NCBI GenBank assembly: GCA_964445125.1
Contig: CAYUJX010000002.1
Location: 1-34,296, forward strand
Direction: 5' to 3'
Length of the DNA: 34,296 nucleotides
From: an uncultured Microbacteriaceae bacterium
GTDB taxonomy: Bacteria; Actinomycetota; Actinomycetes; Actinomycetales; Microbacteriaceae
This document shows, piece after piece, positions 21,523 through 30,957 of this stretch. The position numbers were made by a program, and so were the translations under genes. A model generated the notes under the pieces. It was not told where the DNA came from. It made no database searches and saw only the letters and a program-made list of their open reading frames with translations. The stretch's first letter is position 1; each line of letters opens with the position of its first letter.

Positions 21523-21567
21523 GCGCTAGGCTTTCTATCTAGCAAACGTGTTACCGATTGAGGAGCT

Positions 21568-22785
21568 ATGGCCGAAACAACGACCAATTTTGGCCGTGTG
21601 GAATCAGATGGATCTGTTCAGGTACGTGAAGGCGACACCTGGCGTTCTGTCGGCAGCTATCCGGATGCCAGCTCCGAGGAAGCCCTCGCCTACTTCGAGA
21701 GAAAATACAGCGACTTAGAATCACGCGTCAAGCTCGCAGGGCAGAGACTCAAAGCAGGCGCCGCGTCCAAAGACATCGAGGCTCAACTGACCTCTCTGAC
21801 CGCCGAACTGGTGGAACCCTCCGTCGTGGGAGACATCGAGGCGTTGCGCACCCGTGTTCAAGAAGTCTCCGAGGGTCTCCCTGCTTTGAAAGAGCAGCAA
21901 AACAAGGAAACCCTGGTTGCTGTGGCAGAAGCGTTGGCGCATCGAGAGAAAATTGTCGTCGACATGGAAGCCCTCGCCTCGACGGATCCCGAAAAGATTC
22001 GTTGGAAGGCTGCCACAGCAAGCATCACGGAACTGTTCGAAGCATGGCAAAGCCACCAACAAACAGGTCCCAGGCTCCCCAAAAAGACCGCTGACGTCCT
22101 GTGGACACGCTTCAGAAGTGCGAGAAGTTCCCTGGAAAAAGCTCGCAGAAGCTACTTTCAAGTATTAGATGAGCGCTCCAAAGAGGCAAAAACGTCGAAA
22201 CGAGATCTCATTGAGAAAGCGGAGGCTCTCGCCGCCAAGGGTGCGGGAGGCATTTCCGCCTATCGCACTCTCTTAGAGAAGTGGAAAGTTGCTCCCCGAG
22301 CGTCGCGGAGCGTCGAGGATTCGTTGTGGGCCAAGTTCAAGGCTGCGGGCGACGCCCTCTATGCGGAGAAGGCACAGCAAGACCAGAAGGATGATGAAGC
22401 CAACGCCATCAATCTTGCTCTCAAAGAGGAACTTGTTAAAGAGTTTGCGGACATTTTGACCCTGACAGACCGTGACAAAGCTACAGCTCGCGTCCGCACT
22501 TTCCACGAGCGATTCGGCGCAATCGGCCCCGTCCCCAAGAAATCTCTGCGTGCCATCGATGATCAGGCCAAGAAATTTGACCAGCACGCACGAAAGCTTG
22601 ACGAGGATTTCTGGACCAAAAACGATCCGGAGAAGCAAGCTCGAAGCCAGTCAATGTCGGACCAGCTCTCCAAGGCTATCGCCGGCCTCGACGCCGCGAT
22701 AGCGCAGGCGCAGGGCGCTGAAAAAATCGCGCTGGAGGAGGAGCTTTCGACGAAGAAGGCGTGGCTCGCCATCGTCGGACAGTAA
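21568..22785 (+). CDS. DUF349-type helical repeat protein
   Basis: FGRVESDGSVQVR...VGSYP...ALAYFERKY N-terminus and repeated W...GP/PR...LWxxF..A units. SD GAGGAG; usual position near rel and ppiB in actinobacteria. Confidence 0.85.
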   Translation: MAETTTNFGRVESDGSVQVREGDTWRSVGSYPDASSEEALAYFERKYSDLESRVKLAGQRLKAGAASKDIEAQLTSLTAELVEPSVVGDIEALRTRVQEVSEGLPALKEQQNKETLVAVAEALAHREKIVVDMEALASTDPEKIRWKAATASITELFEAWQSHQQTGPRLPKKTADVLWTRFRSARSSLEKARRSYFQVLDERSKEAKTSKRDLIEKAEALAAKGAGGISAYRTLLEKWKVAPRASRSVEDSLWAKFKAAGDALYAEKAQQDQKDDEANAINLALKEELVKEFADILTLTDRDKATARVRTFHERFGAIGPVPKKSLRAIDDQAKKFDQHARKLDEDFWTKNDPEKQARSQSMSDQLSKAIAGLDAAIAQAQGAEKIALEEELSTKKAWLAIVGQ

Positions 22786-22787
22786 CG

Positions 22788-22824
22788 TTCTCCACAGCTT
22801 TTTGGCTCCTCTGCTGTGAGGGAG
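22788..22824 (+). terminator. Possible hairpin after the DUF349 gene
   Basis: TTCTC-CACAGC ... GCTGTG-AGGGAG with a 14-nt loop and no 3' U tract. Confidence 0.3.
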
Positions 22825-22846
22825 TGTAAGCCGTCATACTCCCGGA

Positions 22847-23374
22847 ATGCACCCCACCCTGCTGCGCAGCATGATTCTTCAAGGACTTGCCCTTAATCTC
22901 GGCACCATGACCTGGTTGAAACCGCACTTCCCCACTCTCGATGAGAGGGCAGGCCTTGTTGCGAAGGCTTTGCCTTTGTGGGCCGTAGCGTCCTCTCACA
23001 CTGCCGGCTGGGTGTGGACGGGGATGGGTTCCCCTGAGCCGTGGAGTGTCCTCAGACGGCAATCACCAGGTCTTTCGCCTCTTGAGCGCACTCGGTGGTC
23101 TGCCAAGCTTCTCAGCCCTCTCCACCATCGCGCGGTGACAATCGGAACACTGTGGCTCCTCGATCGTCGCTCGACCGCGATGGAAGTTCTCCTCCACGCA
23201 CCAGATATCGATGCCTCAGCGGCTCAACTCATCATTCTCGAAGAACACTGCCGCGTGCCCCTCCACGAGCTGGTGCTCGCCAGGCGCTCTCTGGCCGTGA
23301 GCAAAGCCAAAGCTAGCGCAACCTTGGCCCACCTGGCCACACTTCGAGAGCTCTACCCAGACATCGCTCGGTAG
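22847..23374 (+). CDS. Hypothetical protein, AbiEi (type IV antitoxin)-like, divergent
   Basis: AVASSHTAGWVWTG resembles the 'S-H-x-[ST]-A-A-W-x-W-G' segment of actinobacterial AbiEi-like proteins. Fills the gap exactly; CATACT-6 nt-ATG suggests a leaderless start. Family call is from memory. Confidence 0.55.
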   Translation: MHPTLLRSMILQGLALNLGTMTWLKPHFPTLDERAGLVAKALPLWAVASSHTAGWVWTGMGSPEPWSVLRRQSPGLSPLERTRWSAKLLSPLHHRAVTIGTLWLLDRRSTAMEVLLHAPDIDASAAQLIILEEHCRVPLHELVLARRSLAVSKAKASATLAHLATLRELYPDIAR

Positions 23375-25605
23375 ACGTCATAAACGGCGTCAATGCGGCG
23401 CACAGAGTTCAGCACTCGGTCCAGGTGCGTGACATCGCCCATTTCAAAGCCAAAGCGCGATATTGCAAGATGCCCGTCAGACGTATTTACCGTTGCGGAA
23501 AGGATGTTGACATGGTGCTCGGAGAGCACCCGAGTGACATCAGAAAGCAATCCGGGGCGATCAAGCGCTTCGACTTGAATATGAACCAGGAAAATGCTGC
23601 CTTTGGTGGGGGCCCATTCAACCTCGCTCATCCGCTCAGGATGTGCCATCAGAGAACCAATGTTGTTGCAATCATTGCGGTGAACGCTCACCCCTGTTCC
23701 TCGGGTAACAAAGCCCACAATCTCGTCCCCGGGGACAGGGGTGCAGCATCGCGCCAACTTAACCAGAATGTCGGGTGCTCCCCCCACAAGGATTCCGGAT
23801 TGTCCCGTGCGGGATGGCGTTCGGTTGAAAGGGGTACTCGAGTAGACGTCTTCGTCTGAATCATCGGCGGTCTGGAGAGACCCCACCATTTTCTCGATGA
23901 CGGACTGGGTGGAGATGTGCCCTTCCCCGACGGCCTGGTAGAGGTCATCTACGCCAGGTAGACGCAAGATTGCGGCCGCATTTGCCACAGATTCTTGATT
24001 CATCATGCGCTGTAAGGGAAGGTTCTGCTTGCGCATTGCGCGGGCAATAGCGTCCTTGCCCTGTTCGATGGCCTCTTCGCGGCGTTCCTTCGTGAACCAC
24101 TGCTTGATCTTGCTCTTCGCCCGCTGGCTGGTGACGAAATTCATCCAGTCCTGGCTGGGACCAGCGTCGGGGCTCTTGGAGGTGAAAATTTCTACCGAGT
24201 CACCGCTGGAAAGCTCTGTGTCCAAGGGGACCAGCCGCTGGTTGACCTTGGCGCCCATCGTACGGTGGCCTACTTCAGTGTGAACGGCGTAGGCGAAGTC
24301 CACCGGAGTTGCCCCTCGGGGAAGGCCCACCACTTTTCCTTGAGGGGTGAACACGTAAAGCTCTTTCGCCCCAATTTCATACCTCAGGGTTTCGAGGAAT
24401 TCTGCAGGGTCCGTAGTTTCTGCTTGCCAGTCGGAAAGGTGAGCCAGCCATGCCATGTCCTGGTCCTTGGACCCCTGGTCGCCAGCCTTGCCCTGCGATG
24501 ACATCCGTTCCTTGTACTTCCAGTGCGCGGCAACGCCAAACTCGGCCCTCTGATGCATCTCTGTGGTGCGTATTTGAATCTCCACGGGCCGACCTTCTGG
24601 GCCATACACGGTGGTGTGGAGGGATTGATACAAATTAAATTTGGGCGTTGCGATGTAGTCCTTGAATCTCCCTGGCAAGGGACTCCACCGCGCGTGTACC
24701 GCACCAAGCGCCGCGTAACAGTCTCGAATACTCCCCACCAGGATACGAACCCCGGTCAGATCGTGGATGTCATTGAACTCTCGATGCCGACTGACCATCT
24801 TTTGATAAATGGAATAGAACTGCTTGGGGCGCCCCGCAATATCTGCCTTAATTTTCGCGTGCCTCAAGTCATCCCGAATCGTGTCGATAGTTCCTTCGAC
24901 AAAGGCTTCACGCTGAGGAGACCGATCCTTGACCAGCGACTCAATTTCCAGGTAGATCTTGGGGTGCAAGACGGCGAAAGACAGATCTTCGAGTTCCCAC
25001 TTCAAGGCCTGGATGCCCAGCCGGTGAGCCAACGGCGTGTATATATCGAGAGTTTCCTGAGCCTTTTTCTGTGCAGACTCTGGAAAGACAAAACCCCATG
25101 TGCGAGCGTTGTGGAGCCGGTCGGCCAGCTTGACGACGAGCACCCGAATGTCTTTCGACATCGCCACAATCATTTTTCTGACAGTCTCGGCTTGAGTGTG
25201 ATCGCCGTACTTCACTTTGTCAAGCTTGGTGACCCCATCCACCAACATCGCAATTTCCGCGCCAAAATTTTGCTGCACCTGTTCCAGCGAGTACGACGTG
25301 TCTTCCACGGTGTCATGCAGCAAGGCCGCCGCTACCGTGATGGACCCAATCCCAAGTTCGGCGAGAATTTGCGACACCGCCAAAGGGTGAGTGATGTACG
25401 CCTCTCCACTGTTTCGGAACTGACCCTCGTGAGCTTTCTCAGCGACCCGGTAGGCGCGCTCCACGAGAGCCCAGTCAGCTTTGGGGTGGTGCTTTCTCAG
25501 CGTCCGCTGCAAAGTGTCTAGGCCATTATCTCCCGGAGCCCGCGAGAACAGACGTGGCAACATGGCACGCAGAGTAGCGGCCGATGTCGCCGAAACTTCA
25601 GTCAT
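23353..25605 (-). CDS. relA: Bifunctional (p)ppGpp synthetase/hydrolase Rel
   Basis: HD hydrolase (YITHP, LHDTVED, KLADRLHN), synthetase (YQSLHT, EIQIRT), TGS (PVDFAYAVHT), CC and ACT domains. Confidence 0.98.
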   Translation of the reverse strand: MTEVSATSAATLRAMLPRLFSRAPGDNGLDTLQRTLRKHHPKADWALVERAYRVAEKAHEGQFRNSGEAYITHPLAVSQILAELGIGSITVAAALLHDTVEDTSYSLEQVQQNFGAEIAMLVDGVTKLDKVKYGDHTQAETVRKMIVAMSKDIRVLVVKLADRLHNARTWGFVFPESAQKKAQETLDIYTPLAHRLGIQALKWELEDLSFAVLHPKIYLEIESLVKDRSPQREAFVEGTIDTIRDDLRHAKIKADIAGRPKQFYSIYQKMVSRHREFNDIHDLTGVRILVGSIRDCYAALGAVHARWSPLPGRFKDYIATPKFNLYQSLHTTVYGPEGRPVEIQIRTTEMHQRAEFGVAAHWKYKERMSSQGKAGDQGSKDQDMAWLAHLSDWQAETTDPAEFLETLRYEIGAKELYVFTPQGKVVGLPRGATPVDFAYAVHTEVGHRTMGAKVNQRLVPLDTELSSGDSVEIFTSKSPDAGPSQDWMNFVTSQRAKSKIKQWFTKERREEAIEQGKDAIARAMRKQNLPLQRMMNQESVANAAAILRLPGVDDLYQAVGEGHISTQSVIEKMVGSLQTADDSDEDVYSSTPFNRTPSRTGQSGILVGGAPDILVKLARCCTPVPGDEIVGFVTRGTGVSVHRNDCNNIGSLMAHPERMSEVEWAPTKGSIFLVHIQVEALDRPGLLSDVTRVLSEHHVNILSATVNTSDGHLAISRFGFEMGDVTHLDRVLNSVRRIDAVYDVYRAMSG

Positions 25606-25630
25606 TTTCCACCCCCTCGCTCACGTTTCC

Positions 25631-25636
25631 AGTGTA
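25631..25636 (-). promoter_or_regulatory. Putative -10 (TACACT) for rel
   Basis: TANNNT hexamer in the secF-rel gap; predicted TSS near 25624. Confidence 0.5.
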
Positions 25637-25660
25637 CGAGGGTATGCCGCAAACTAGCTG

Positions 25661-26656
25661 TTATCGAACCGCCCCCGACGTGGGACGCGGCTCGCGCGCC
25701 TTGCGACCTTGCTTCAGGTTTTCGGGCTCGTTTTCCCGCAAGTGAACGTACATGGGTGCAGCGATGAAGATACTCGAATAGGTTCCGGCAAGCATCCCAA
25801 TGAAAAGTGCCAGAGCGATATCTCTGAGGGTTCCCGCTCCCAGCAGGAGGGACCCGATGAAGAGAATGGACCCCACGGGGAGAACGGCGACGACGGAGGT
25901 GTTAATAGACCGCACGAGGGTCTGGTTCACAGCAAGGTTCACTGATTCGGCGAACGTTCTGCTGCTTTCCTCACCGTCTTGGTTGGTGTTCTCGCGAACC
26001 TTGTCAAACACCACAACAGTGTCGTAAAGGGAATAGCCCAAGATGGTCAAGAAACCGATGACAGCAGCCGGGGTGATTTCATACCCCAGAACCCCGTAAA
26101 TACCCGCTGTAATCAGAAGATCGTGGGCGAGCGCGGTCAGCGCGGCGAGCGACATCTTCCAAGTTCGGAAATACAGGGCCATCACAATTGACACCAGTAC
26201 CAAAAAGACGCCCAACCCGATCAGAGCCTGACGAGTGATGTCTTGGCCCCATGTCGCGCCGATGAAGGACGCGGTGACGTTCTCTAGTGGAACGTCATAC
26301 GCATCGGCCAGATCTTGCCTCAGCAAAGTCGTTTGAGCATCAGTGAGTTGTTCCGTCTGGACACGGACCGAGTCTCCACCCACGATGGATACCCGGGGGT
26401 TTGACTCCACGCCGGCTTCTAACTGAACCGTGTCAATCGCGGTCTGTTCCACGATGGAGGCAGGGTTGGAAACCCTGAATTCTGAGCCACCACTGAATTC
26501 AATTCCGAACGTAAATCCTCCACGAAGAAGCGTAATCGCCACAGCAAGAATGACCAACGCGCCACCAATCACGTACCAGCGGAGGCGGTTGCCGACGAAA
26601 TCGAATGAACGCTCCCCGGTATACAGGGCATTACCAAATTTAGTGAAACGGGACAT
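25661..26656 (-). CDS. secF: Protein translocase subunit SecF
   Basis: GIEFSGG, GYSLYDTVVVFDKVRE, RSINTS and GTYSSIFIA motifs. Confidence 0.97.
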   Translation of the reverse strand: MSRFTKFGNALYTGERSFDFVGNRLRWYVIGGALVILAVAITLLRGGFTFGIEFSGGSEFRVSNPASIVEQTAIDTVQLEAGVESNPRVSIVGGDSVRVQTEQLTDAQTTLLRQDLADAYDVPLENVTASFIGATWGQDITRQALIGLGVFLVLVSIVMALYFRTWKMSLAALTALAHDLLITAGIYGVLGYEITPAAVIGFLTILGYSLYDTVVVFDKVRENTNQDGEESSRTFAESVNLAVNQTLVRSINTSVVAVLPVGSILFIGSLLLGAGTLRDIALALFIGMLAGTYSSIFIAAPMYVHLRENEPENLKQGRKAREPRPTSGAVR

Positions 26657-28339
26657 TTACTTCTTTCCCTCCATCGACGCAGATTCTTCTTGAGCTTTGC
26701 GTTCGGCAATCGTCTGTCGCCGCTTGGCCTCACCGGCGCTCCGCTTTTTCGCTATCACTCCCGCATTGACCGGCTCCATAAAACGTGCCCGGCCCCGGTA
26801 CACAGCGCCCAACGCTTTCGGGTCCAGTCCGCTCAGCGGGTTGCCCGAAGAGAAGAACGAGGTTCTGCCCAAAACCCCCATCAAAGGACGGGTAAAGAGG
26901 GCTACGACGATGAGGTCAACAATGGTGGTAATACCGAGTGTGAAGGCGAACCCTCGAACGTTCCCCACCGCCAAAATGAAGAGCACCGCCGCGGCGAGGA
27001 AACCCACAGCATCCGAGGCAAGAATCGTCCTAAAGGCCCGTTTCCACGCTCCGACAATCGAGGACTCAAGATTTCTTCCGTCTCGGAGTTCGTCTCGGAT
27101 GCGCTCAAAGAACACAATGAAGGAGTCAGCGGTAATACCGATGGCAACGATGAGTCCTGCCACCCCCGCTAGGGAAAGGCGGTATCCCTGTGTGTTGGAC
27201 AGATAGGTGATGACAAAATAGCTCAGAGTGAAAGCTGTGGTCAGCGAAAACACCGTGACCATTCCCAGCATCCGGTACTGCACTAAGGAATACAACACCA
27301 CCAGGACAAGACCTATGGCGCCGGCGAGGAGACCGCTTTGTAGTTGGGAGAGTCCCAATGTTGCCGTAATGGTCTCGGAGCTTTGGACGGCAAACCCGAT
27401 TGGGAGCGCGCCAAATTTTAGTTGATCAGCGAGCGTGGTGGCCGATTCCTGCTCAAAGCTCCCGCTGATTTGAGGCTTGCCATCCGTGATTGCGCCCAGT
27501 GTTCGAGGGGCGCTGATTACGTTGCCATCCAAGACAATAGCAAACTGATTTTGCACTCCCTGCAACAGGATTAAGCGCTCCGTCACTGTGCGAAATGCTT
27601 CCGTCCCCACGCTGTCGAATTCGAGGAAGACACCCCACTCGTTGGTGACCGTCCCCTGGGGACCGGGAACCAAGCCTGAGATGGCGTCAGAAATAGTCCC
27701 GCCGTCCACTTCCACCGGTCCAAGAATAAATTTTGATGCCCGGTCGTCGGAGCAGGTGACCAGTGGCATGGTCGGGTCCGCGACGTTGGCGCCGAGCTCG
27801 TCGAGGGCCTCACAACTGAGTTCGTTGTAGGCGGTCTCAATCTCCGGTGTAATCCACGCAAGATCACTGGGGTTCTCCGGGGTGGTTTCCGGCGCATTCT
27901 CTGCCGGGACAACCGGCTCTACAAGACTTCCTTCGGGAAGGAGAGCAGGCCCTATCCGGAGGACTGCGCGGAACTCCAGTTTTGCAGAGGAGCGGATTCT
28001 CTCCAGGGTTGCCGCATCGGGAGTCCCAGGGATAGACACCACAATGTTGGAGCCACCTTGAGTCGTCACTTCGGCCTCTGCGACACCTCCAGCGTCCACA
28101 CGCTGGCGAATAATCGAGACAGCCTGAGTGAGCTGCTCGTCGGTAACGTTTTGATTTTCTGCAACCTGAGGAGCCAAAACAATCTGAGTACCACCTTGCA
28201 AATCAAGCGCAAGTTTGGGAACCCAGGAACCCGTTCCCTGGAAAACGGCAATAGCGTTTCCCCCTATGAGGAGAGCAAACAAAACTCCCAACCAAATGAA
28301 GCGGGTCATTGCCGAGCGCACAACAGACGTTCTTGCCAC
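26657..28339 (-). CDS. secD: Protein translocase subunit SecD
   Basis: PKLALDLQGG, IIRQRVD, FAIVLD, LKFGALP, GITADSFIVFFERIRDE and VRGFAFTLG motifs. Confidence 0.97.
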   Translation of the reverse strand: MARTSVVRSAMTRFIWLGVLFALLIGGNAIAVFQGTGSWVPKLALDLQGGTQIVLAPQVAENQNVTDEQLTQAVSIIRQRVDAGGVAEAEVTTQGGSNIVVSIPGTPDAATLERIRSSAKLEFRAVLRIGPALLPEGSLVEPVVPAENAPETTPENPSDLAWITPEIETAYNELSCEALDELGANVADPTMPLVTCSDDRASKFILGPVEVDGGTISDAISGLVPGPQGTVTNEWGVFLEFDSVGTEAFRTVTERLILLQGVQNQFAIVLDGNVISAPRTLGAITDGKPQISGSFEQESATTLADQLKFGALPIGFAVQSSETITATLGLSQLQSGLLAGAIGLVLVVLYSLVQYRMLGMVTVFSLTTAFTLSYFVITYLSNTQGYRLSLAGVAGLIVAIGITADSFIVFFERIRDELRDGRNLESSIVGAWKRAFRTILASDAVGFLAAAVLFILAVGNVRGFAFTLGITTIVDLIVVALFTRPLMGVLGRTSFFSSGNPLSGLDPKALGAVYRGRARFMEPVNAGVIAKKRSAGEAKRRQTIAERKAQEESASMEGKK

Positions 28340-28370
28340 AGTAAATCTCTCTAAAAAAGGGGGCGGAGGT

Positions 28371-28700
28371 CTAAGACTTGTCGGCCTGAGGAGCTGCCTC
28401 CTCGGCAGCTGACTCTTCTACAGCTGCATCTTCGACGCTTTCGTCTTCGACAACCTTGGTCAACACTTGACGATGAACTTTAATTTCGACGCCTTTTCCT
28501 ACATCCAGTGTGGCGACGTTGGTGTCGTCGTCCATGGCGATGACCGTCGCAAAAAGCCCGAAGGACGTCATGACGTTAGCGCCGGGATGCAGTTTATCTG
28601 CCAACTCCTCCTGGGTCCTCTTTTGCTTGCGGGAGTTGCGAATCATGAAGAAAATCAACAGTCCGAGGATTGCGACCATAAACAGTGTTACGGGATCCAT
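28371..28700 (-). CDS. yajC: Preprotein translocase subunit YajC
   Basis: MDPVTLFMVAILGLLIFFMIR TM helix and LHPGANVMTSFGLFATV. Start at ATG 28700; the longer ORF call overlaps ruvB. Confidence 0.93.
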   Translation of the reverse strand: MDPVTLFMVAILGLLIFFMIRNSRKQKRTQEELADKLHPGANVMTSFGLFATVIAMDDDTNVATLDVGKGVEIKVHRQVLTKVVEDESVEDAAVEESAAEEAAPQADKS

Positions 28701-28752
28701 GGCTACTTTCCAGCCTTTCGTCGAGTGGGTAGAGCGGGCAAGCTCCTGACAA

Positions 28753-29763
28753 CTATAGGTCATTCCTGGCCGGAGCCTTGTGGCCAAGGTGGGCGTACGC
28801 TCCCGAGGTAGCCACGCGACCTCGGGGAGTTCTATGAATAAAGCCTTGCCGAACGAGAAAAGGCTCCACCACAGACTCAATCGTCTCTGGTTCTTCCCCT
28901 ACAGAGACCGACAGAGTTCCCAGCCCGACAGGCCCACCATCGAACTTCACGATGAGCGCCTCCAGCACTGCCCGGTCAAGCCGATCTAAACCGAGCTCGT
29001 CGACGTCGTACAGCTCGAGCGCATCCTGCACAGAGGAAACATCGGGGTTTCGCTCGCGGACGAGAACAAAGTCGCGGACCCTTCGCAGCAACCGGTTAGC
29101 AATTCGGGGTGTTCCCCGAGAGCGCAGCGCAATTTCTGCCAGCGCTTCGCGAGGCCACTCCACGCCTAGAACAACCGCTGACCGTGTCACCACCTCGGTG
29201 AGCTCCTCGTGAGAGTAGAACTCTAGATGGGCGGTAAAACCAAACCGATCTCGAAGCGGACCGGGAAGGAGACCCGAGCGTGTCGTCGCTCCCACGAGCG
29301 TGAACGGGGCGATGTCCAACGGCAACGTGGTCGCCCCTGCGCCTTTACCCACCATGATGTCGATGCGGAAATCTTCCATCGCGAGATACAACATTTCTTC
29401 TGCAGGACGGGCCATGCGGTGAATTTCGTCTATAAAGAGAACCTCGCCGGGAACAAGCGAAGACAGTACCGCGGCGAGATCGCCAGCATGATTGATCGCG
29501 GGACCACTCGTGATGCGCAGAGATTGGTCGGTTTCTTCCGCGACAATCATGGCCAACGTCGTTTTACCCAATCCGGGCGGGCCGGAGAGAAGGATGTGGT
29601 CTGGTGTTCTGCGTTGTTTCGCTGCTGCTTCAAGGAGTAACACGAGTTGCTGACGAACTTTAGCCTGACCGACAAATTCGGAGAGTTTTTTGGGACGAAG
29701 AGCACCTTCGAATTGGATTTCTCCCAAAGATTCTGGCTCTTCGCGCACCGGAGTGTCGGACAC
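28753..29763 (-). CDS. ruvB: Holliday junction branch migration helicase RuvB
   Basis: [34 protein letters not shown] and [16 protein letters not shown] motifs. Confidence 0.99.
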   Translation of the reverse strand: MSDTPVREEPESLGEIQFEGALRPKKLSEFVGQAKVRQQLVLLLEAAAKQRRTPDHILLSGPPGLGKTTLAMIVAEETDQSLRITSGPAINHAGDLAAVLSSLVPGEVLFIDEIHRMARPAEEMLYLAMEDFRIDIMVGKGAGATTLPLDIAPFTLVGATTRSGLLPGPLRDRFGFTAHLEFYSHEELTEVVTRSAVVLGVEWPREALAEIALRSRGTPRIANRLLRRVRDFVLVRERNPDVSSVQDALELYDVDELGLDRLDRAVLEALIVKFDGGPVGLGTLSVSVGEEPETIESVVEPFLVRQGFIHRTPRGRVATSGAYAHLGHKAPARNDL

Positions 29764-30383
29764 TATCTCGCCTCCCGGTTAACGTGAGGCCCCAGGATAG
29801 CCAGAGCACTGCGCAGCAGATTTGCTGCATCCACAACCTCGCCATCGACCGACTCCACGGCTTGGGCGACCCCCTCTTTCGCGGTTTTCTCCGGCCAGCC
29901 GAGACCTGTTAGGGCATCAACGACAGAGTGGCGGATAGCTTCGTGGGCCGATGAGCGGGGCTCGGTCACCGAAACGCGAATCCTCGAATCGAAGGCGCCC
30001 TGGAGCGAAAGCACAATCAGTTTTGCAGTCTTGGGCCCGATGCCACTGACGGCGCGAAACGCGGCATCGTTTTCTTGGATCACAGCGTCCTGGATTGCGT
30101 CAATGCTGAGATGACTCAAAATCGCCATCGCGGATTTCGGCCCCACACCTCCCACTCCCCTCAGCAGCTGAAATATCGCCACCTCGTCATCTGACGCGAA
30201 CCCAAAAAGGGCTATGTGGTCGTCCCTCACCACCATGGCCGTGTGGAGGAGGAGAGATTCACCCACGGTGAGCGTTGCGGCTGTGCGCTCGGGAACCAAG
30301 ACAAGGTAGCCGATTCCCCCAACTTCGAGGATAATTTCGGCGCCCGCGCGCGAAGCGACACTCCCCCGCAGCGTGGCAATCAC
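29763..30383 (-). CDS. ruvA: Holliday junction branch migration protein RuvA
   Basis: MIATLRG, GGIGY, HhH motifs VGGVGPKSA / VSGIGPKTA, and ALTGLGW. Confidence 0.97.
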   Translation of the reverse strand: MIATLRGSVASRAGAEIILEVGGIGYLVLVPERTAATLTVGESLLLHTAMVVRDDHIALFGFASDDEVAIFQLLRGVGGVGPKSAMAILSHLSIDAIQDAVIQENDAAFRAVSGIGPKTAKLIVLSLQGAFDSRIRVSVTEPRSSAHEAIRHSVVDALTGLGWPEKTAKEGVAQAVESVDGEVVDAANLLRSALAILGPHVNREAR

Positions 30384-30946
30384 TGTGTTAGCTTAGGTCT
30401 CTTCGCTCGAGCTTCCGCTTCTCGCCACGCCTGTTGGGCAGGGGTTGTTCCCGTTCGGTGGACCTCGGGTGCTTGGGCCCGCCACGCCTCCGTGATAGCC
30501 AGAGCGAGAGCATCCGCAGCGTCCGCCGGTTGGGGAATCGAATCGAGCCCGAGAATTTTCTGCACCATCGTGCCCACCTGGTGCTTCGTAGCCCGACCAT
30601 AGCCCGTGACCGCAGCTTTCACTTCACTGGGAGTCCGCATTGAAACAGGGATTCCCTGTGCGTAGGCAAGAGCGAGAACAACCCCGCTAATTTGAGCAGT
30701 ACCCATGACGGTTCGCACATTGTGTTGGGCAAAAACCCGCTCCAGAGCCACGATATCGGGGCGAAATTCGCGAAAGACAGCCTCGAGGGCAACCGACAGT
30801 GCACCCAAGCGAGCCTCGGGTGGATCGCCTGCTGGAGTCCGAAACACATCGACGTGGACCAGAGACACCAATCGGCCAGCACCTTTCTTGATCACCCCCA
30901 CACCCAATCTGGTTAGGCCGGGATCGATGCCAAGGATGGTACTCAT
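30380..30946 (-). CDS. ruvC: Crossover junction endodeoxyribonuclease RuvC
   Basis: ILGIDPG, ALERVF, PSEVKAAVTGYG and DAADALALA motifs. Confidence 0.98.
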   Translation of the reverse strand: MSTILGIDPGLTRLGVGVIKKGAGRLVSLVHVDVFRTPAGDPPEARLGALSVALEAVFREFRPDIVALERVFAQHNVRTVMGTAQISGVVLALAYAQGIPVSMRTPSEVKAAVTGYGRATKHQVGTMVQKILGLDSIPQPADAADALALAITEAWRAQAPEVHRTGTTPAQQAWREAEARAKRPKLTQ

Positions 30947-30957
30947 CAGGTCACCGC

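Noticed and set aside
22788-22796. TTCTCCACA, a DnaA-box-like 9-mer
   Set aside because: Single copy with one mismatch; no box cluster or AT-rich unwinding element, so not an origin.
24523-25521. 332-aa plus-strand ORF
   Set aside because: Antisense shadow of rel; no protein-family motifs.
28701-28880. N-terminal extensions of yajC (also pdxS 33268-33447, pdxT 32376-32459, HIT 33894-33971, rpsD 19201-19233)
   Set aside because: Artefacts of longest-ORF calling; they overlap upstream genes or leaders, and better starts with an SD or coupling exist.
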